In this document: positions 60,915-64,000 of the stretch, piece after piece
Numbering within the stretch: the first letter of the stretch is position 1
How the letters are laid out: each line of letters opens with the position of its first letter
Origin: Acidobacteriota bacterium
Lineage (GTDB): Bacteria > Acidobacteriota > CAIWXX01
Direction: 5' to 3'
Length of the DNA: 64,000 nucleotides
NCBI GenBank assembly: GCA_040755995.1
Contig: JBFMAF010000004.1
Location: 70,117 to 134,116 of the forward strand
Program-made: the position numbers and the translations under genes
Notes under the pieces: model-generated
Told to the model about the DNA's origin: nothing
The model's input: the letters and a program-made list of their open reading frames with translations, nothing else
Database searches by the model: none

Positions 60915-62531
60915 ATGACATGGTGGCTCGTCATCGGGGCCGTTCTCGGCACTCTGTTCATTCGCTACGCGAAAAAACGCCTCCAAGCAAAGGGCAGGAC
61001 GAAGTCGTTTGCATTCCACTTGGCCAGGACCAGCCTGGATGCGGCGCTCGCATTTGATTTGGCACTGCTCTTCTGGCTCCTGGTGTGGGCTCTCGTCGGG
61101 ACTGCGTGGCGCCACATCACTCTCAGGCATCTCCTGGCCATCGAAACATACCTGTCTGGATTCCGTGATCTGTTAGCGACTCTCAAACTCAATTCCCTCA
61201 GGGTCTTCGTCGGTCTTCTTGTCATATACCTCCTGAGCCTCCTGCAACGACCATTCCTGCGCCGCCTTACGCCGAAGCTCATCGCAGTGTTGGACAGATA
61301 CCATCGAACGACTAAACTGGCGTACATGTTTCTTGTGTTCGTGACTTCGCTGACCCTGCTGGGAACGCGGTTCGGCGAGCCCAGCACTGAGCTCGGATTG
61401 CGCATCAAGATGGTCAGAGAGGGGTATGCATGCCTGTGCGAAGAGGCGCGGGAGACTGTCGGCGAGGCTGCGGCCCGGCAGGTCTTCAAGAACAGTCTCG
61501 ATGCAATGCCGGAGGGCTACCGAACAGCCATCGCGTCGCTCCCGCGGATGGCATCGGAAACCGATGCGCTCAGGCAGTACTACGGCGGCGCCGTGAAGGA
61601 GCGTAACATCAGGTCTGCGAAGGCTGAGAAGGTCCTGCGCGAAGCCGAGGCGAGAAAAGGACTTTCCACGCGAGAGACATCCGCAAAGCCGATGCGCCCC
61701 GAATGTCGGCCTCCTGAGGAACTCACGCACTCGAGGGTTGAAGCTGCGAGGGCGGTTGTGGCCGGCTATCGATCCGCGGGGGAGGAGGCTTTGGTCAAGC
61801 TGCCGACCGACGCCGAGAGCGGCAGGTTGTCCATGCAGGTGCCCAAGGTCATCACGTATTCGCTCAAGAAAGGGTTCTTTTCTGAATTCATGAAGACGTA
61901 TCCGATCTTCGAGCCCCTCATCGACGTGTTCGTGGACAGCATCGATGAGACGGTCAAGGGGAAGCTGGAATCCGGAGTTGCCGCAACCGCCGAGGACTTG
62001 CTGCAGGGCTCGGAGCCCACGGAGAAGGTCCTGGAGAGAGCGGTCGGAGAGGTTGTCGCAAGCGCCAAGACGGTCCTTCCAGACACCGTCAAGCAAGCGG
62101 CTCAGAAGGCGACGAAGCAAATGGACGATGAGTTGCGGTCCATCAGCGCCGCCAGAGACGACGTCGCCAGGCAAATCGAACGGTCATTCGATCTCGAAGT
62201 CGACCAACTCATTCGGCAACTCTACAGCAGGGATGAAGAGCGCCGCGAACAGGCGTGTGAAAAGCTCTGCGGAATGGCAAACCGACTATCGAAGCGCAAG
62301 GTCACTCAATTCGCGGAGATCATGCAGCATGGGCAAGAGACGTGGTCGAAATTCCTCTATCGTGAGCACCACTGCGAGTGGTACGAAGACACCTCGATCA
62401 AACACTACGCCGCAAGGGTACTGTCCGCCTCTACTTCCCCTTCCGTGACCCAGGCCGTACGAACCGAGGCGGCGAAGTGGGAGGAAGAGGGGAAGTCGAG
62501 GAGAAGAGTGACCGATCCAGGGTGGATATGA
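60915..62531 (+). CDS. Hypothetical membrane protein (N-terminal TM helices, helical soluble domain)
   Basis: About four hydrophobic segments followed by a helical region; GGAGG RBS. Confidence 0.6.
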   Translation: MTWWLVIGAVLGTLFIRYAKKRLQAKGRTKSFAFHLARTSLDAALAFDLALLFWLLVWALVGTAWRHITLRHLLAIETYLSGFRDLLATLKLNSLRVFVGLLVIYLLSLLQRPFLRRLTPKLIAVLDRYHRTTKLAYMFLVFVTSLTLLGTRFGEPSTELGLRIKMVREGYACLCEEARETVGEAAARQVFKNSLDAMPEGYRTAIASLPRMASETDALRQYYGGAVKERNIRSAKAEKVLREAEARKGLSTRETSAKPMRPECRPPEELTHSRVEAARAVVAGYRSAGEEALVKLPTDAESGRLSMQVPKVITYSLKKGFFSEFMKTYPIFEPLIDVFVDSIDETVKGKLESGVAATAEDLLQGSEPTEKVLERAVGEVVASAKTVLPDTVKQAAQKATKQMDDELRSISAARDDVARQIERSFDLEVDQLIRQLYSRDEERREQACEKLCGMANRLSKRKVTQFAEIMQHGQETWSKFLYREHHCEWYEDTSIKHYAARVLSASTSPSVTQAVRTEAAKWEEEGKSRRRVTDPGWI

Positions 62532-62868
62532 TTCTGACCCCGGCGGCCAGTCTGGCCGCAACGCCGCAGACGACCCCAAGAGGCCTGACAAAGGAGAAGT
62601 CGACTCATGAGGAGAACCACAGGGCGACACAGCGGAGGGCAGGTCGGCGGCGAGGGACCACCTCTCGGCTCCTTCACCATGACGCATCCCATCTGGGATC
62701 GGGATCGCGCTGTGGAGAAGCCTCGTGAGCATCGCGAGTTGGGTCCTGGGCCCGGGGGCCGTCGCATGCCTTGGGGGCTTGGTGTGTGTTTCGATACGAT
62801 CCCAGTGAGATGGAATCTCCCGACCAGAACGGGACTCAACTACAAACCCAACCACTAGGAGGTGTGGG

Positions 62869-63573
62869 ATGCCCGACACAGACTTGCAGAAGCAAGTAGT
62901 CGAAATCTTGCTCATGATTGACCCATGGCCAAAGGAGTCGAAGAAGGCTCGGCCTTTTCGCGAGATGCGCGCAGTACTTGGGGTCGCGGGCGTCGTCCTT
63001 GTGGCCATCGGCATACTGTGTCTGTTGGGCGCCCTCGTTCTGATGGTCACGCCATGGCGGGCCACCAGGATCTGGAACGCCAATCTCGCATCGGTTTCGC
63101 TCGTGGCGTCAAACTTCTTCATCGTCATGGCTCAGGTGACGCTAGTCGTCAGGAACAGGAGGCTGATCTGGCGTGCTCTGACGAAACCACACGAGACCCT
63201 CAGCGACTCGCTTTACCTTGGCGTTCTGCGGGAGGTAGGCTTGGTTGAATCGGTCAGTCAGCAGCCCTTTCAGGCAATCTTGCTTGCCTGTTGGGCTGTC
63301 CGACACCGGCTGGTCGCGTTTCGAAAGCGGATCGCTCTGCTGGTGGCCCCGATGCCGAAGATCGGCCTGATCGGCCCCGTGGCCGCGCTCTATCTGGCGT
63401 GGAGCCAGCGCGCAGCGGCGAGGGGCGCAACACTCGAGACATGGGTGGCCTTCGCGCTGGCTGCTCTGTATCTGTATGCCTTCCACTGCCACTCATCAGT
63501 CGCTTTGATCGAGAAGCAGGTACAGGTGCTCAAGACGGCAAAGAAGCTGGCCAAGTCTCGCCCGGAATCGTAA
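62869..63573 (+). CDS. Hypothetical membrane protein
   Basis: About four TM segments; AGGAGG RBS. Confidence 0.65.
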   Translation: MPDTDLQKQVVEILLMIDPWPKESKKARPFREMRAVLGVAGVVLVAIGILCLLGALVLMVTPWRATRIWNANLASVSLVASNFFIVMAQVTLVVRNRRLIWRALTKPHETLSDSLYLGVLREVGLVESVSQQPFQAILLACWAVRHRLVAFRKRIALLVAPMPKIGLIGPVAALYLAWSQRAAARGATLETWVAFALAALYLYAFHCHSSVALIEKQVQVLKTAKKLAKSRPES

Positions 63574-63733
63574 CGCTCCCATGGCATGTCCGCAGTCTGA
63601 GGGCCTCAGGCGATCACAGTGTGCAGTCGCTCCCTGCAAGCAAGAGCGTGGTGGCCGCCTGGATGACCCGCCCAGACTTGCCCGTGAGCGAGATCACTTC
63701 CAGACAAGCCTGCTTTCCTCGGCCGGCGTGCGA

Positions 63734-63762
63734 ATCGTAGGCTGTCTGGGGAATGGTGTCAA
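63734..63762 (-). promoter_or_regulatory. Minus-strand sigma70 promoter with no obvious downstream CDS
   Basis: TTGACA-17 nt-TACGAT. Confidence 0.5.
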
Positions 63763-64000
63763 CACCTTCGTCGTCATCACATCATGGCATCAAAGGTCAT
63801 GCGACGATCGAGACATATTCAAGTGAGGAAGAGAAGAAAGAAGCGGAACGTGTCAAGCATTTTGAGACACCGGCGGTTGGAAATTAGTGTAGGTCGGCTC
63901 AGTCGATATGTTCTCCTTGGTGGGTGGGTTGATCCAAACGGCGTCGGGGAGCCTGGGTGGAACTGGGCGGCGCCGGATGAAGCGTTCCGGGTGGAGTAGA

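Overview
GC-rich bacterial window in two parts. About 1-20.8 kb is core-like: rpsU with a zinc-ribbon gene, folE plus a two-domain PTPS, aroK, smpB, glgP, a GH113-like hydrolase, a hybrid histidine kinase, an aldo/keto reductase and an ECF sigma/anti-sigma/DUF4097 operon. About 21-64 kb is a heavily remodelled accessory/defence region: six toxin-antitoxin modules, an anti-phage-type dCTP deaminase, a divergent glycogen-synthase-like glycosyltransferase next to a PD-(D/E)XK-like gene, a DUF6119-like gene and many remnants. Signals the ORF track misses: (1) a probable selenoprotein methyltransferase (in-frame UGA at a Cys-equivalent position plus a SECIS-like hairpin) upstream of a DUF4395-like gene; (2) a large secreted carbohydrate-active gene split by a ~2 kb internal inversion, a palindromic MITE-like insert and an inverted partial duplicate; (3) a ~240 bp intergenic patchwork of diverged fragments of four different genes from this window; (4) paired TAAC-N21-GTTA operator candidates beside a CGNR zinc-finger regulator. 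All family calls come from motif recognition by eye; no database searches were run.
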